A stretch of DNA of 64,000 nucleotides, from NCBI RefSeq assembly GCF_009914755.1, contig NC_060926.1; one strand, given 5' to 3'. A program made the translations under genes and the position numbers. The stretch's first letter is position 1, and every line of letters begins with the position of its first letter. This document shows, piece by piece, positions 30,255 through 46,419 of this stretch. Source of the stretch: the human T2T-CHM13v2.0 reference genome, Homo sapiens. The notes under the pieces are model-generated. The model was not told the DNA's origin. It made no database searches and was given only the letters and a program-made list of their open reading frames with translations.

Positions 30255-31620
30255 AAACCTTTTATTTTAGAATAAGCAGAACAATTTCAATACACCTCCC
30301 TCACCTAGTTTCCCCCACAGTTAACACTATTATGATGGTACATTTGTTGTGACTAAGGAAGCAACACAGGTACATTACTACTAACCAAACTCTCCACTTT
30401 AGATTTCACTTGTTTTGCCCTAATGTCCTTTTTTTTCCTTCCAGGATCCCATCTAGTATACATTACAGCTAGTCATTATGTCTTCTTAACTTCCTCTTGG
30501 CTGTGACAGTTTCTTAGATTTTCCTTGTTTCTAATGACCTTTACAGTTTCAAGGAATACTGGTCGGGTATTTCATAGAATGTCCCTCAATCTGAGTTTGT
30601 CTGATGTGTGTCATGGTTAGATTCAGGTTATAGGTTTTTGGAAGGAAGACCACAAGAGATGAAGTGCCCTTTGCCATCACGCCATATCAAGGGTACACAC
30701 TATCAACCTCATTGATTACCAATGATGTTAATTAACCTTTATCACCCGGCTGAGTTGTACTGTAAAGTTTCTTCACTGTAAAGTTACTTCCTCCACACCC
30801 CATTCCTTGGAAGAAAGTCACTAAGCTCATACTCAATGAGTGAGGAATTAAGCTCCACCTCCTGGGGAGATGTGTACATATATTATATGGAATTCTTTTG
30901 TATGGGAGATTTGTTTACTCTCCATTTATTTATTCAATCATTTATTTCTACTAAGTATGGACTCATGAATATTTATTTTATCCTTGGGGTTATAATCCAG
31001 TGCTATGTTATTTTGTTACTCAAACTGTTCTGGCTTTGGCCATTGGGAGTTCTTTCAGGTTAGCTCTGTGTTTCTCTGACATACACCCACCATTTTGATT
31101 TTTGAGTACTTTCACTTTCTGACACTATAGGATATTCCACACACATCTTGTATATTCCCTGTCCCAGCCCTAAAATCAGTGATTTCTCCTAGGAGCCATG
31201 AATTCTTTTACTGGAGAATGGTGTTCTGAATCCAACATCTGGGCCAGGTGCGGTGGCTCACACCTGTAATCCCAACACTTTGGGAGGCAGAGGTGGGCGG
31301 ATCACTTGAGGTCAGGAGATCAAGACCAGCCTGGTCAACACGGTAAAACCCTGTCTCTACTAAAAATACAAAAATTAGCTGAGTGTGGTGGCGTGCACCT
31401 GTTATCTGAGCTACTCAGGAGGCTGAGGTGAAAGAATCAGTTGAATTCAACAGGCAGAGGTTGCAGTGTGCTGAGACTGCACCACTGCACTCCAGCCTGA
31501 GCAACAGAGTGAGACTCTGTCTCAAAAAAAAAAAAAAAAAATTCAACATCTGGATACCAGACATGTTTATTGCTACTTAAGTATCAATGACTGTAGGGCC
31601 TTCTCAGCAAATAGATAGAA
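30255..31620 (-). mobile_element. L1MC-like 3' region interrupted by a + strand Alu (31241-31540)
   Basis: CCAGGATCCCATC, TTTCCTTGTTTCTAATGACCTT, TCACTGTAAAGTTACT and CCCAGCCCTAAAATCAG motifs; Alu TSD AATCCAACATCTG/AATTCAACATCTG. Confidence 0.75.
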
Positions 31621-32002
31621 AATGTTTATAATAAGAAATTTAAAAATTAAATTTTCATTTTTTTGAACTATCAAAATAACATTTTCTATGTTTATTTCCA
31701 AGCAACTTTCTATTTTGTGAAATATTTTTGATATGTGTCTACCTGTCTAATATCTTTTTTACTGGCTTGTGTACAACTTAAAGTGTTTATATAACTCATA
31801 ATTTCAGCCAATATTTTCTCTCAGCTTATGTCTTTATTACCATTTTATCCTTAACCTTCTCAAAAGTTACTTTTAAGACAGGATTTTCAAACCTTTTTAT
31901 TCCCTTCATTACTGCTGATCATGCCTTATCACTCTTATCAAGCAAGGAAACAAAAATGATAGTAGTGATGATGTTACCCAAGAAATAACATGGTTTCCTA
32001 TC

Positions 32003-32037
<35 letters not shown>

Positions 32038-32162
32038 AAATAACATCTCCAAGAATTTCGTAGTATACAACAATGGGCATGTCGTAGTTGCCTAAAAACA
32101 AAATGAAACATAACTTTGAACAATAAATAAATGGTTTATGAAATTCTAAATATTTGACTTAC

Positions 32163-32310
32163 AAGTCCTCACTCTAGGATAATTGTGAGCCAAAAGAAAC
32201 CGCTCGACCCAGTTTTCCATATTCTGTAAGACCCAGCTGTGTGCCAGTTTATTTCGGGGTGTCTGCACTGCCAACCAATCTAGACACTGAGAAGGATTGT
32301 ATTCAATCAC
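32163..32310 (-). CDS. USP34: USP34 coding exon (148 nt)
   Basis: tag|VIEYNPSQCLDWLAVQTPRNKLAHSWVLQNMENWVERFLLAHNYPRVRT|gtaagt. Confidence 0.96.
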
Positions 32311-32750
32311 CTACAAATAACATGACAAGAACAGAATATAAGGCCAACTGAATGAGCAATTACTTTTACTTACTTTTTGTATATGCTATTAGACACAAAG
32401 CTAAAGTACTTTTTTGACAATTAGAGATTAAAAAGGTTTCACCCTATTTTTTTCCCATTTTTAAAGCTACTTTTACTTTTATCAACAGGAAGTGTTCAGA
32501 AAAATATGTCACTGGTTTACAAAATGAATTTAAAATAACCAAGTACCATAAGACAAATATGAGAACTCCATAACTTCTAGGTCTTGCTAAATTTGGAAAT
32601 TTATTTAAAAGTATTTTTATTTCTCTAAGGTTTCTCATCTTTACTTTTCTGATTACATGCCCAACCTGGTACTAAGTGAGAATACAAGAAGCTCGCTGTA
32701 CTGCTGTGGAGAGTTTCTTCATGAGAAAGGGGAATCCTAGGAATCTAGAG

Positions 32751-32964
32751 TGGGGGTTGGCAAACTATGGCCAGCAGGTCAAATTCTGTGGCTGCCCGTT
32801 TTTGTTGTTTTATTGAAACACACCCATAACCCACTCATTTCTTGTCCATGATTGCTCATATGCTACCACAGCAAAGTTGAGTAGTTTCAACAGACACTGT
32901 ATGCCACACAAAGTCTAAAATATTTGCTCTCTGACCCTTTTGGGAGAAGATTTGCTGTCCCCTG
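32751..32964. mobile_element. MER58A-like hAT-Charlie element
   Basis: GGGGTTGGCAAACTATGGCC...TTTGCTGTCCCCTG; TSD ATCTAGAG/GTCTTGAG. Confidence 0.78.
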
Positions 32965-33354
32965 GTCTTGAGCTTTTCCAATACTCAAACAAGGAGAAAT
33001 TTTGTGACCTCAGCAGTAACTCTGGAAGCAAAAAGGTGGCTGGTGCTTCCTCTACCATTTCTGTCAATTCTTGAAAACACTTGGTTTGTATTTCTAGGAC
33101 TTCTAGTTGCTTTATGGAACTTTGGAGGGTAGGGGAATGAAAACTTCAAATTGGCTAAAGCTGTTTATGATGCTACAAGAATGTCTTTAATACAACTAGG
33201 AGACTAGCTAGGAACTCTTTTCCTCCCCAAACCTGTGACTTACTAAAACCATCTTGGGGTAATAAGAAACTGGTACTTAAAATGGTAGTGACTATATTAT
33301 AAAAATAAAATCCTCAGGAAAATAAACATTGAAAACACCTGCTGCAAGACTTAC

Positions 33355-33459
33355 CTCCCATATCCTCTGCAGAATATAAGATGCAAAGGGAGGCATTCCT
33401 GGAGGTCCACCAGCAAACTCCATTAGCATAGTCAACAACTTAAAGAAAGGATTGGCTGC
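33355..33459 (-). CDS. USP34: USP34 coding exon (105 nt)
   Basis: cag|AANPFFKLLTMLMEFAGGPPGMPPFASYILQRIWE|gtaagt. Confidence 0.96.
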
Positions 33460-34471
33460 CTGTAAAACACATACATGACTGTGTATTTAGATCAATCTGA
33501 ACCCATCTCCTTCAGCAGAGAAGAAACATATATTCTACTACACACTATATTTAAATCTGTGTTAGGGAAGGAGAGCTCAGCCAGTACTTCTGCATGTGAA
33601 CCTGAACTACCATAAAGCAGCAGGATCAGCGAGGGGTACAAAGTCAACCGGGAACCACGTATGATAGATTTTTCTGGATGTCAAGAGTATTTTGGAAAAG
33701 ATAATTATAAAAATATTCTCTAAATTGACAAACACTGTAAATACTTACGATGTACAACGTTTTGAAATATGTATACATTGTAGAATGGCGAAATCAAGCT
33801 AATCACATATGCATTACCTCACACACTTATTTTTTGTCAGAACACTTAAAATCTACTCAATGATTTTCAAGTATAATTAACTGTAGTCGCTACATTGCAC
33901 AACAGATCTCTGGAACTTATTCATGAAGATTTGTATCCTTTAAGCAACATGTCCCCAACCCCAAAAATAAATTGTTAATGAGACAACTGTGTTCTATTGA
34001 AAAATTTAGATTAAAAGCTTCCTATAGCAACCTGAGGGGTAATTTATAGTAATGTTTGACATCGATTGTTAAAATAGCTATAGCATTTCCATTTTACAAA
34101 AATACTTTTATATAACACTGCATTCTATTTTCTATATACTTTTACACACATGCTGAGTCCTGGTTGCTCTACTTTTTCTTTGGGCACAATTAGGATATAT
34201 GTTCCCAATCAAACAACTTTAAAGCCTGGCATCCAGGTGGCACTCTGATACAATGAGTCTATACACATATTTACATTTAGTTGGGAAAATTATATTCGTA
34301 ATAAGACATGATTAGTAGTTCATTTTATTCACATTATACACTTAAAAATAGGTTATTATGTTATGGGAGAAACCCTGATAAATTTGTTCTCGAGAACAAT
34401 TAGGCTCATTTGAAAGCATTAGCAGTGCTGAAAATTGTTTTAAAAACATAAATTAACAAATGTTTACATAC

Positions 34472-34516
34472 CTCAGGAGTCAACTTTGCTATTGATGTGA
34501 AAAGCATAGATACAAT
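34472..34516 (-). CDS. USP34: USP34 coding exon (45 nt)
   Basis: tag|[15 protein letters not shown]|gtatgt. Confidence 0.93.
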
Positions 34517-34520
34517 CTAA

Positions 34521-34901
<381 letters not shown>

Positions 34902-34912
34902 TTAGCACTTAC

Positions 34913-35017
34913 ATGTTCTGCAAGTCGATTATTGTATCGACACAGGCTGAAAATCAGATTACAAGTTTGTCTTATATTGATGCCATCACGAATATGTTGA
35001 AACAAGAAGGGAAATCC
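34913..35017 (-). CDS. USP34: USP34 coding exon (105 nt)
   Basis: cag|GFPFLFQHIRDGINIRQTCNLIFSLCRYNNRLAEH|gtaagt. Confidence 0.96.
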
Positions 35018-35100
35018 CTGTCAAAAGCAAAAGTTGTTCATTTAAGAACCGTTATTATTTTTGTGATGATCAAATTGTCTAATATTAGAGAATGTACTAC

Positions 35101-35149
35101 CTTTCCTCCTGTTAATGCTGCCATGTCAGTCTGTGATAATGTCAAATGC
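35101..35149 (-). CDS. USP34: USP34 coding exon (49 nt)
   Basis: cag|(R)HLTLSQTDMAALTGGK|gtagta; weak donor followed by an 83-nt intron; phases fit both neighbours. Confidence 0.92.
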
Positions 35150-35689
35150 CTGAAAGAAAATATTAGTGGAAATAAGTTTTTCTTCCTTCTGTATTACTTT
35201 ACAGCGATTTACAACATGTATCAAAAATTGTTGATTCAATTATAATTGTATTAACCTGCCATCATAAAATGATTTTTTGCTAGCTACATTTGCTTGCTAA
35301 ATGTCTTTTGGGCAACTTTTCAACATTCCAGGATTGGTAAATGAAAGCCCAAATGTACTTCATTTTCATTTAATTAACTTACTATTTTAGTATATAAAAC
35401 AGTAGGATGGGTCTTATTTTACTTACTTTTTTTTTTTTTTGACATGAGACCCTTCAAAACCAAATGGACTTCTAGAAATTAGCATTTCATCTCCCAGTTT
35501 AAAATTACTGTATATTTCTTCCTTTTTTTCTTTCCTTCTTTTTAGAGATGGAGTCTACTTCTGTTGCCCAGGCGGGAATGCAGTGATGTGATCGCAGCTC
35601 ACTGCAGCCTTGAATTACTAGGCTCAGGGGATCCTTCTATGTAACCAGGATTCAGGCACAAGCCACTACACCTAGATTGCATATTTCTT

Positions 35690-37420
35690 TTATAACTTAT
35701 AAAAATTTCAGCTATATTAAAAAACAGAATAGTACAAGTATTCCATCAGTCAGCTTCAAATTTACCAAAATCAGAGCCAGTCTTGTTTCATTTGAACCCC
35801 CATCCACTCAATATGAATTATTCTGAAGCAAATTCCAGGCATTTTATCATTTAATCCATAAATCATAGTATCTTTAACAGATAGGTTTCAAAAACAACCA
35901 CGGTACCATTATTCATGCCTAAATGAATAATTCCGCACTGTCATACAATATCCAGCGTACACATTTCCTGAAGTTTCTAAAAAGATTTTTAAAATTAACT
36001 TGTTTGAATCAGGATTCAAATAAAGCCTTTTGCCATAATTAGTTGAAAAGTCTCTTAAATATTTTAATCTATTGGTTTCCCCACCAGCTTTGTGTTTGCA
36101 ATTTATCTGTTGAAGGTCATTTGTCCTGTAGTTTCTCTCACATTTACACTTTGCTGATTGTATCCTTATGGTGCTGTCTTAACATGTTTCTCTGTCCCTG
36201 CATTTTCTATAAACTGGTAGTCAGATCCAGACTTGATGAGATCTAGGTTTGACTTTTTAATTAACAGTATCTTGTAGAAGGCACACAATGAAGGGTTAGT
36301 CTTTTTGTAAGGTTTTCTGTCAGTGGTGACAACTGCCTAGATCCATCATTTCATCTGGGATTCCAAAACAGTGATATTCTAATTCCAATTGTCCTTGCTC
36401 ATTAATTAGCTTGAATACATATAAGAACACAAACTTCCCCTCAATCACCATTTGGTTGCCACGAAGTATACTTGCAAGTAGAATAAATGCTTGATACTGT
36501 TTTCCATTATTTATCAGTTTCAAAAATAATGATTTGATTTCCTAATATACTCCAAAAGTTGCAAGTAAACTAAAAAAAAATTTCTTTTTAGGTATTATGA
36601 ACTCATGGATTTAAACATCTTTGATGTGATTCACAGTCCACTGCAGTTATTACCGATGCTCAAAGCTGTTCAATCTATGACCAGTAGAAACCTCCGTAAG
36701 TTGGCTCTTGAGTTTCTTTACCATGACCTCAGTAGTCTTAGACTGCCTCCTTGCTTTCCAAAATGACAAGACATTCCAAACTTCTCATTCATTTCTTTCC
36801 CAAGAACTGTAACTAGTCGTTTTTCCAAGGAACCCCAATTCTTTCAGTGGGAAATGAAACCTAGAGACTATACCCTAGATGCCAAGGGTACTCATTGATT
36901 CTGGGTTGTACAGGGTTTCCAGGTCTTTTCAGAAAACAGTGGTAGGTAAAACATTTTCTGTAACAGATTTTCTGTAACAGATTTTCTGTTTGCAAATATA
37001 CCATAAACTGCTACAGATATTTCCAATTCAAATTTAGTTTTAAATAAGTTATGCAAAACCCTACAATTTAATATTTTTATCTTTCTTTTGCTGAAAATCT
37101 TGGTTTCCAATGACATTAACAGTTACTTATTTGTTTCATCCTGTAATATACATTAATACTTTCAGAATAATACTTTTATTACAAATAATATAATTACTAT
37201 TACAGTTTAGGAAAATTTTACAATTCTTTTTGTCCTTCATATACATCCCACTAGAAATTTACCTATTTAATATATAGTTAGGTTCATTTACTTCACTGTG
37301 CTTTTGATTTTTAGAGATTACTTCTTATTCATTTATTTATAATTATACATTTATATGATACCAAAGTTAAATTTGTCAAAAATCCATTCCTGTCCCCTCC
37401 ACCCTGTTTTTATTCCTCTA
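35690..37420 (-). mobile_element. Old L1MC-like 3' relic
   Basis: TTTGAATCAGGATTCAAATAAAG, AAGTTGGCTCTTGAGT and TTTCCAAGGAACCC motifs. Confidence 0.65.
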
Positions 37421-37458
37421 TCCACTGGAAACCATTAAAAAAAAAAGTTTTTGATTTA

Positions 37459-38286
37459 TAGTCAATTCTTGTATTTGAGGTAGTTGTGTTCTATAAAGTG
37501 TGGCAAATACTGAATTAGCAAATACCAAATTATTACTACTAGGGCAAATACACGATTAAGTTTCTGTGAGCCTCTGGTAATATTTTTGTCAACCAATCGA
37601 TACATTTACTTTGTTTTATGAGTGTTTCTGTTAAAGATACCTTATTTAGTATATATTGTTGATTCATTAACGTTTAACTCACTGCCAATAGTATTAAAAC
37701 TCATATGAATGAAATGTGTCTAACACGTATTTTCCCTATAAGTCATATCATGGCCTTCTTGAGCTTAAGAACACTAGAGAGCACTTCAGCACTACACTTG
37801 AGGGCCATTTTATTTACTTATTTTTACAGATGGATCTTGCTATATTGCCCAAACTGGACTGTAATGGCTATTCACAGGTGCCAAAGTAGCATACTGCAGA
37901 CTCAAACTCCTGGCCTCAAGCCATCCACCTCATCCTCCCAAGTAGTTGGGACTACAGGCGTGTGCCACCACACCTGGCTGAGGGCCATTTTAAACAGCAA
38001 AATCACGAACAAAACATATAAATATACAAAAAATTTTCACAGCATACACCGTGAAAAGTACATTTGTTTACAATATGGAAACTGAAACAAAAAGGCAAAT
38101 TGTTGCCTTGTTTGACCTTACCTGGAAAGGCATGTCAGGCAACTCAAGTTTTTTGCCACTCTGCATATGCACACGTCTGTGAATGACTGCAAAAGCTCCC
38201 CGAGTGCCACTTTTGGCATTACAAATGCATTTTAGCAAATGGGTGAATTTGCAAATAGGAAATCCACAAATAATGAGGTTTGGTTG
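37459..38286. mobile_element. MER82-like Tigger non-autonomous DNA transposon, interrupted by a FAM monomer
   Basis: TA-flanked; matches recalled MER82 motifs (GAGCCTCTGG, AACACTAGAGAGCACTTCAGCACTAC, ATCCACAAATAATGAGG). Confidence 0.8.
37813..37978 (-). mobile_element. FAM (fossil Alu monomer)-like SINE
   Basis: Monomeric, retains the 7SL-derived GGCTATTCACAGG motif; TSD TGAGGGCCATTTTA at 37799-37812 and 37979-37992. Confidence 0.8.
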
Positions 38287-38919
38287 TACATACACATACA
38301 CACACACACATACACACTCTCTCTCTCTGTCATCATAGCATTCCCTTAAAAAGTAGGATATCATATACACTTTTTCCCACCTTTTTTTACTTAGTAATAG
38401 ATCCTAAAGATTTCTCTGTGGTAGTACAGATAAATTCCATACTTCCTTTTTCAGCTATATTCTTTTGAATGGATGCTGTTTTTTCAACTAGTTCCCTTTT
38501 GATGGACATTCAGCTGATTCTAGTCTTTTGCTATCAGAAGCATGGTTTCAATAAACAGATTTGCATATACATCTTTCTGTATTTTGGACACAGATTCCTA
38601 GAAATGAAGTTGCTAGGTTAAAGAACGAATGCACGCTCTATTTTGCTAGATATTTTACTGTATATTTTTTCAATGACTATTTCTAACACGACTCATAGAT
38701 GAAGTAAAAGTTTGGTAGAAAAAACTGAAATTCTTATGCCACAAGAGTTGATGAATAGTAGTATTATTTAAAAGGATTTATATAATAAAAGCTAGTGAAT
38801 AACAATTACATAATTAAACATATATAATAAAAAGCTAGTGGAAAAACTAGTGGTAAACAATTATGTAAAAATAATAAAACCAAACATGCTTTAAACATTT
38901 TAAATTCGAAACATTTCAC

Positions 38920-39071
38920 CTTTCTGATCGAGACTGTTCAACCAAAAGAGCAACTAAAGCTATCATCTTTTCAAGGGCAGCTGGCCTGTATTTTTCTTCT
39001 GCCAGAGAGAGGATATCTTCTTCCTCCTCTTCTTCTTCCCCTTCTTCCTCTGATAACACTTCAACTTGAGG
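38920..39071 (-). CDS. USP34: USP34 coding exon (152 nt), poly-Glu tract
   Basis: tag|PQVEVLSEEEGEEEEEEEDILSLAEEKYRPAALEKMIALVALLVEQSRSE(R)|gtgaaa. Confidence 0.96.
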
Positions 39072-39286
39072 CTAAGTTGGAATAAAATTCAATTTTAATA
39101 CGGTAGTAGTTTTAATATCATTTTGAGAACAAATGACTTGTTTTATGTAACAGTGTAGATGGTGGCAGGAGCTTGTAACATGAAAAACAACTGCACAAAG
39201 ACCTAAACCTAATGTAAAACACTCTAAACCACATTCAGGACAATCTTAGATTAAACTGCCAGAACTGTAAAGAATAACAATTCTCT

Positions 39287-39622
<336 letters not shown>

Positions 39623-40497
39623 TTACCTTACCTATAAACCCTTGAATAACTTTTTTCTTATAAGCAAGCTCATTGGAAGACAAGTCACGATAAAAATTGC
39701 AAGTATGATAAAATAGTATTTCCTATTTAATAAAAATGCCAGTTATACAAAATAAGAAATTCTTATTTATAGTTCCCTGATAATCCAAATAGTGGGTATT
39801 TCAAAGAGATATTCACTTGGGCTTCTAAATGCAGACTCAAAAGATTTTATGATCTACTAGTGTATATTCTGTGAAGCATTACAAAACAGTGTTTAAGAGT
39901 TTTAGCTCAGTAGTCTGACCGAGGATCAAAGCACAACAAGTCACTGTGATCTAAAACAAATTAACTTCTCTAAGTTTCAATTGTCTCATCTGTTAAATGG
40001 AGATATAAAGGGTACTTACCTCTTATGGTTAAGAAAAGGACTGAAAAAGAGTGCAAGTAGATCATACAACCTAATGCATTTGTTATGAACAACACAAAAC
40101 TGATGTAATACTTTAATATTATTCATAGACCACCTACTTAAATTTTGGAAAGACTCTCATAAACTTAATAGCAAAGAACTTAAAAATGTGACCAGCAAAA
40201 TGTTCACAAAAACAATTCACTATTGATAAGACCCTAAAGTAGGTGACCACTTTGCCTAAGTTTATTTGCTTTGTTCCAGACCTTACCAATGAATGAACTT
40301 CATTACCTAGTTGTTTCTTTCTTGCTATATCCATTAAAATTACATTAAAAACATCAACCAATCTTAGACCCTTCATATTATCTAACACCAGGTTCCAGAA
40401 GGGACTTTAAAGGGTTCTAACATCTCAGGACTTCGCACGATGCAAACTATGAAAACCAGAGCCTCTAATACCTAATGTACGATAGAACTGTACTTAC

Positions 40498-40572
40498 ATT
40501 TTCAGGTCCTTTTGTTCCCATGTAAAAATGTACCATTGTAGATATAGCTTGCAATGAAAGCAAAAATTGGCT
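40498..40572 (-). CDS. USP34: USP34 coding exon (75 nt)
   Basis: tag|SQFLLSLQAISTMVHFYMGTKGPEN|gtaagt. Confidence 0.95.
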
Positions 40573-40679
40573 CTAAACAAACAAACAAACAAAATTTAAA
40601 AATATAAAATAAAAGCAATTAAGTTGCAAATACTGAAAAAAGGTAGATAATCAAAAAAATAGACAAGATATAGCCTCAC

Positions 40680-40848
40680 CTCTTCTTCACCCATTTTTGC
40701 AAATTCGTAAAGGAAGGCAAAATACTCTGTAAGATGTTTACTGTGAGGTTTTACACCATGTTCCATAATTAATAACAGGGTTCTCACAAAGCGAGTGACA
40801 CATGAACGACCACCAATATCTTCTACTGAGGTATCCATATCATCTGAC
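40680..40848 (-). CDS. USP34: USP34 coding exon (169 nt)
   Basis: tag|(G)SDDMDTSVEDIGGRSCVTRFVRTLLLIMEHGVKPHSKHLTEYFAFLYEFAKMGEEE|gtgagg. Confidence 0.96.
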
Positions 40849-41399
40849 CTAAGAGACAATTAAATAGATCTTAGAGAATGTATGAGGTCTGGAAATACTG
40901 TTCGAGAGAAAAAGTACTTTTTAAACTCTGAATTTCTTTTATCTTTGAGATAATGAATATGAACCGCAATAACTTAAGTAGTTATTGTGACTGGCTAAAT
41001 CAATGCAAACAAAAAGACTAAGCCATAAAGTAATTTGTAGAGGATTTTGCAGATGCAAAATTTAAATAAAACAAAAACAGTTTTACCTTCTTGAATGTAT
41101 TATTACAGATTATTTTTAAACAGAACAAATATTTCAGTGTGGATTTTAAAAAATATTTTGTAGGCAGGTTGTTAAGAAACTTAAAAATTAGGGCTAAGCA
41201 TGGTGGTTCATGCCTGTAATCCTAGCAATTTGGGAGGCCGAGGCGGGCGGATCATTTGAACTTACGAGTTTGAGACCAGCCTGGGCAACATGAAGAAACC
41301 CTATCTCTTAAAAAAAAAAAAAAAAAACAAAAAAAAAAAACAAAAACACCACACACACACAACACAGACACACAAACTTATTCAAAAAGTACTTCTTAC

Positions 41400-41485
41400 C
41401 CATCTTCCATTCCTGGCTGCAAATAGAGATGAGCATGCACAGGTCTCAGCCTCTGAATCACATGGATACACAAACGCTGAAACAT
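41400..41485 (-). CDS. USP34: USP34 coding exon (86 nt)
   Basis: cag|MFQRLCIHVIQRLRPVHAHLYLQPGMED(G)|gtaaga. Confidence 0.96.
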
Positions 41486-41889
41486 CTGTGAAGAAAGAAA
41501 AAGATCAAACAAGAGCCAACTCATCAGGTAACAAAGATTTGAAAAATTAACATGATTCAAAATTCTCTGCCACCCATTTATAGTTTGCACAAGATTATCT
41601 TGGTATTCTGGAGCTCTTCTGGAGTCTCAACAATGGACTAAGGAAATGAGGCAAAGGTAGCATTAAAAAAATTCAGTTTTATGATAAAGAGAAAAAACTC
41701 AACAAACTGTACATTTCAGTAATACAGATGATCAAAAACAAAGCTTCAAAAAATCCTTTTAGCTAGTGGAGATACAGAGAAAAGAAAATCTAGTATCCAA
41801 TTCCTTAAGAAGAGTGGAATGGGGAAGGGCCGCTGCTCATCATGGGGTCAGCAGCTAGGAGAAGGAAATGTGAGGATTCTTTAAAGATA

Positions 41890-43670
<1,781 letters not shown>

Positions 43671-44303
43671 ATATATACATATATATGTATGTTCTATATA
43701 AATTTATAAATATATAAATATGATATATAACATATATATGTAATATATACACACACGCATATATATCTCAATAGTAACTGGAAAGTGGCATACGTCAACT
43801 AAGTTTTTGATTTTGTGAAAAGTGACTATAAAGTAATATTTAAATTTCATTGTCTATTTTACCCAACAATTTAAAGAAAACAAACTGTTTCGTTTGACAG
43901 TTCAGACCCAATCACAGAAATAAGTTACAGCCTTTTCATTAGCTTTTGAGGTCACTATAGTACCCTACCATGGTTAGAATGTGTAAGGATTTTAAAAGAA
44001 TCAGTATAACTCATAAAGCATCTAATAATAAAGAGCAGGATCTAATAATAAAAGAACAGGAAATTACAGTCAATCTTCCTATATCCAGGAAATGTGCATA
44101 ATTTTAATCACCTTATTAGAGTGAGAGCTGATGTTAAAAGAACCTGGTGAAACCAACAACAAAATGACTTTTATGATAGGAGGCAGATCTTTTCAAACTA
44201 TTATCAATATTAGGTTAAGACACACTTATAAGCAAATTGAGAATAATTAAATTGAAAGTAACTTCTTTTCCAAATAATTTTTTTCAAACATATTTTTCCT
44301 TAC

Positions 44304-44384
44304 CTGTCTCACAATTTGATTAGGGCACTTAATTAGTATCTGCATTGGCCACCAGTCGTCATCAGCCATACGATCTAAAAACCA
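44304..44384 (-). CDS. USP34: USP34 coding exon (81 nt)
   Basis: cag|WFLDRMADDDWWPMQILIKCPNQIVRQ|gtaagg. Confidence 0.96.
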
Positions 44385-44722
44385 CTGTTAAAAAAAAATA
44401 CAGCATGACTTTAACATTCAACAAATATTTGTTACATGGGATAACAGTCACATAAGAATTTTATTTCTAGTCAATGTTTTAATTCTTTTAAGTTCTTACC
44501 AGAAAAGTTTCTCTAATTGTCATAAAAGTCAAACTCTAAAATCATAATAAGGGTTACCTCATTACACAACTCCATGGAATGCCATTTACATTATAGTACA
44601 CAATGTGCATGACAATCTGTGGTCCTTTATCATAATAAAATATCATTCTCTTAGCCCTCATAAATGTGACATAGAATCTTTAGTTCTTATTAATTATATA
44701 TATATATATATTCCCCCCCCCC

Positions 44723-45011
44723 TTTTTTTTTTTTTTTTTTGAGACAGATCTTGCTCCGTTGCCCAGGCTGGAGTGCAGTGGCACGATCTCGGCTCACTGA
44801 AACCTCTGCCTCCCAGGTTCAAGTGATTCTCCTCCCGAGTAGCTGGGATTACAGGCACGCACCACAATCCCTGGCTGATTTTTGTATTTTTAGTAGAAAT
44901 GGGGTTTCACTATGTTGGCCAGGCTGGTCTTGAACTCCTGACCTCAGGTGATCTGGCCGCCTCAGCCTCCTAAAGTGCTGGTATTATAGGCGTGAGCCAT
45001 GTCACCCGGCC
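44723..45011 (-). mobile_element. Alu (S-type)
   Basis: Reverse Alu dimer. Confidence 0.9.
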
Positions 45012-45395
45012 ACCTATTAATAATATGTGATATGAGCATGATTAATTTTCTTTCTGTTTAAAAACAAATTATGATCTAATTAGCACTTGAGAAACTCTGG
45101 ATCTATCGAACAGCCATGAGAAGAGAAGGAAACAGAGGAACATGTTAAACACCACCAGGAAAATGCAATTAGTCAAAGAAAGCATGTGGGAAATCCTACA
45201 GCACAAATGACAAAAAATGGCATGGAGAAAAAAAAAGTAACTTTTATAGATTAAGGAAGACTTAACAAACAGATGAATGCAAAATGTGGAACTTGTTTGA
45301 ACCACTCATTTAAACCAATCAACTGAAAATTTTTTTTTGAGATGGAGAAAACTGAACATAGGATGGGTATTAGATGACAAGAATAAATCACTTCT

Positions 45396-45711
45396 GGCCA
45401 GGTGTAATGGCTCATGCCTGTAATCTCAGCACTCTGGGAGGCAGAGGCAGGAGGATAGCTTGAAGCCTGGAGTTTGAGACCAGCTGGGCAACAAAGAGAC
45501 TCTGTCTCTATAAAAAAAGAAAAAAAATTAGCTGAGTGTGTTGGTATGTGCCTGTGGTCCCAGCTACTCGGGAGGCTGAGGGAGGAGGCTGAGGCAGGAT
45601 TGCTCAAGCCCAGGATTTTGAGGTTGCAGTGAGCTATGACTGTGCACCACTGCATTCAACAGCCTGGATGACAGAGTGACACCCACTCTGGGGGTAAAAA
45701 AAAAAAAAAAA
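45396..45711 (+). mobile_element. Alu (J-type) within an old L1 3' relic
   Basis: Alu dimer; flanks share TCACTTCT. Confidence 0.85.
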
Positions 45712-46419
45712 GTTATAAAGATGAGAAGTCACTTCTAATATTACTGGGAGTGAATGAAATTGTGGTTGCATATGTTTTTGAAGTTTTCTTATGTTAGAAA
45801 TATATACTGGGTGTTTATGGATGCATGATCTATTTAGGTTTCCTTTAAAATTCTTCCATTATGGAAAAAAAAGGAATAGGGGATAGATGAAACAAGAAAG
45901 AAAGATTATTATTATTTATTGAAGTTGAGGAACAGGTATGTGACAGCTTATTATCCCTTTCTACTTTTGTCCATGTTTCCAAATTCTCATTACAAAATTT
46001 CAAAAAGTTACACTTTAGTGTTTGAAATTTCTGAGGAATAGATTCCCTTACTCTATTTCTATAAGGTATAATCAGATGAACTTCTAAATATGCAAAAAAC
46101 CTTTAACTATAATTCATCTATTATATACCAGACTGCTATTCCCCACTTCTGTTAATTCGTAAGACTTGCCTTCCTATGGAGATTTACAACTCTTTGGTTG
46201 CTAACCTAGAAGTTAAGATGGCAATATGATTAAGCTGTCATTACCTTTGAGTGGGTTATCCTTAGGGATGCACCTCTTAAAATAGGGGATGGAGAGAGAA
46301 AACCAGGCATAAACTGATCTACTGAGACAGGTGGATAGGTGAATTTTTTTTTGGCGGGGAGAGTGGGGAAAGAGGAAGTGACAGATGATGTTAAGCATTT
46401 TCTAACAACATACAAAAGT

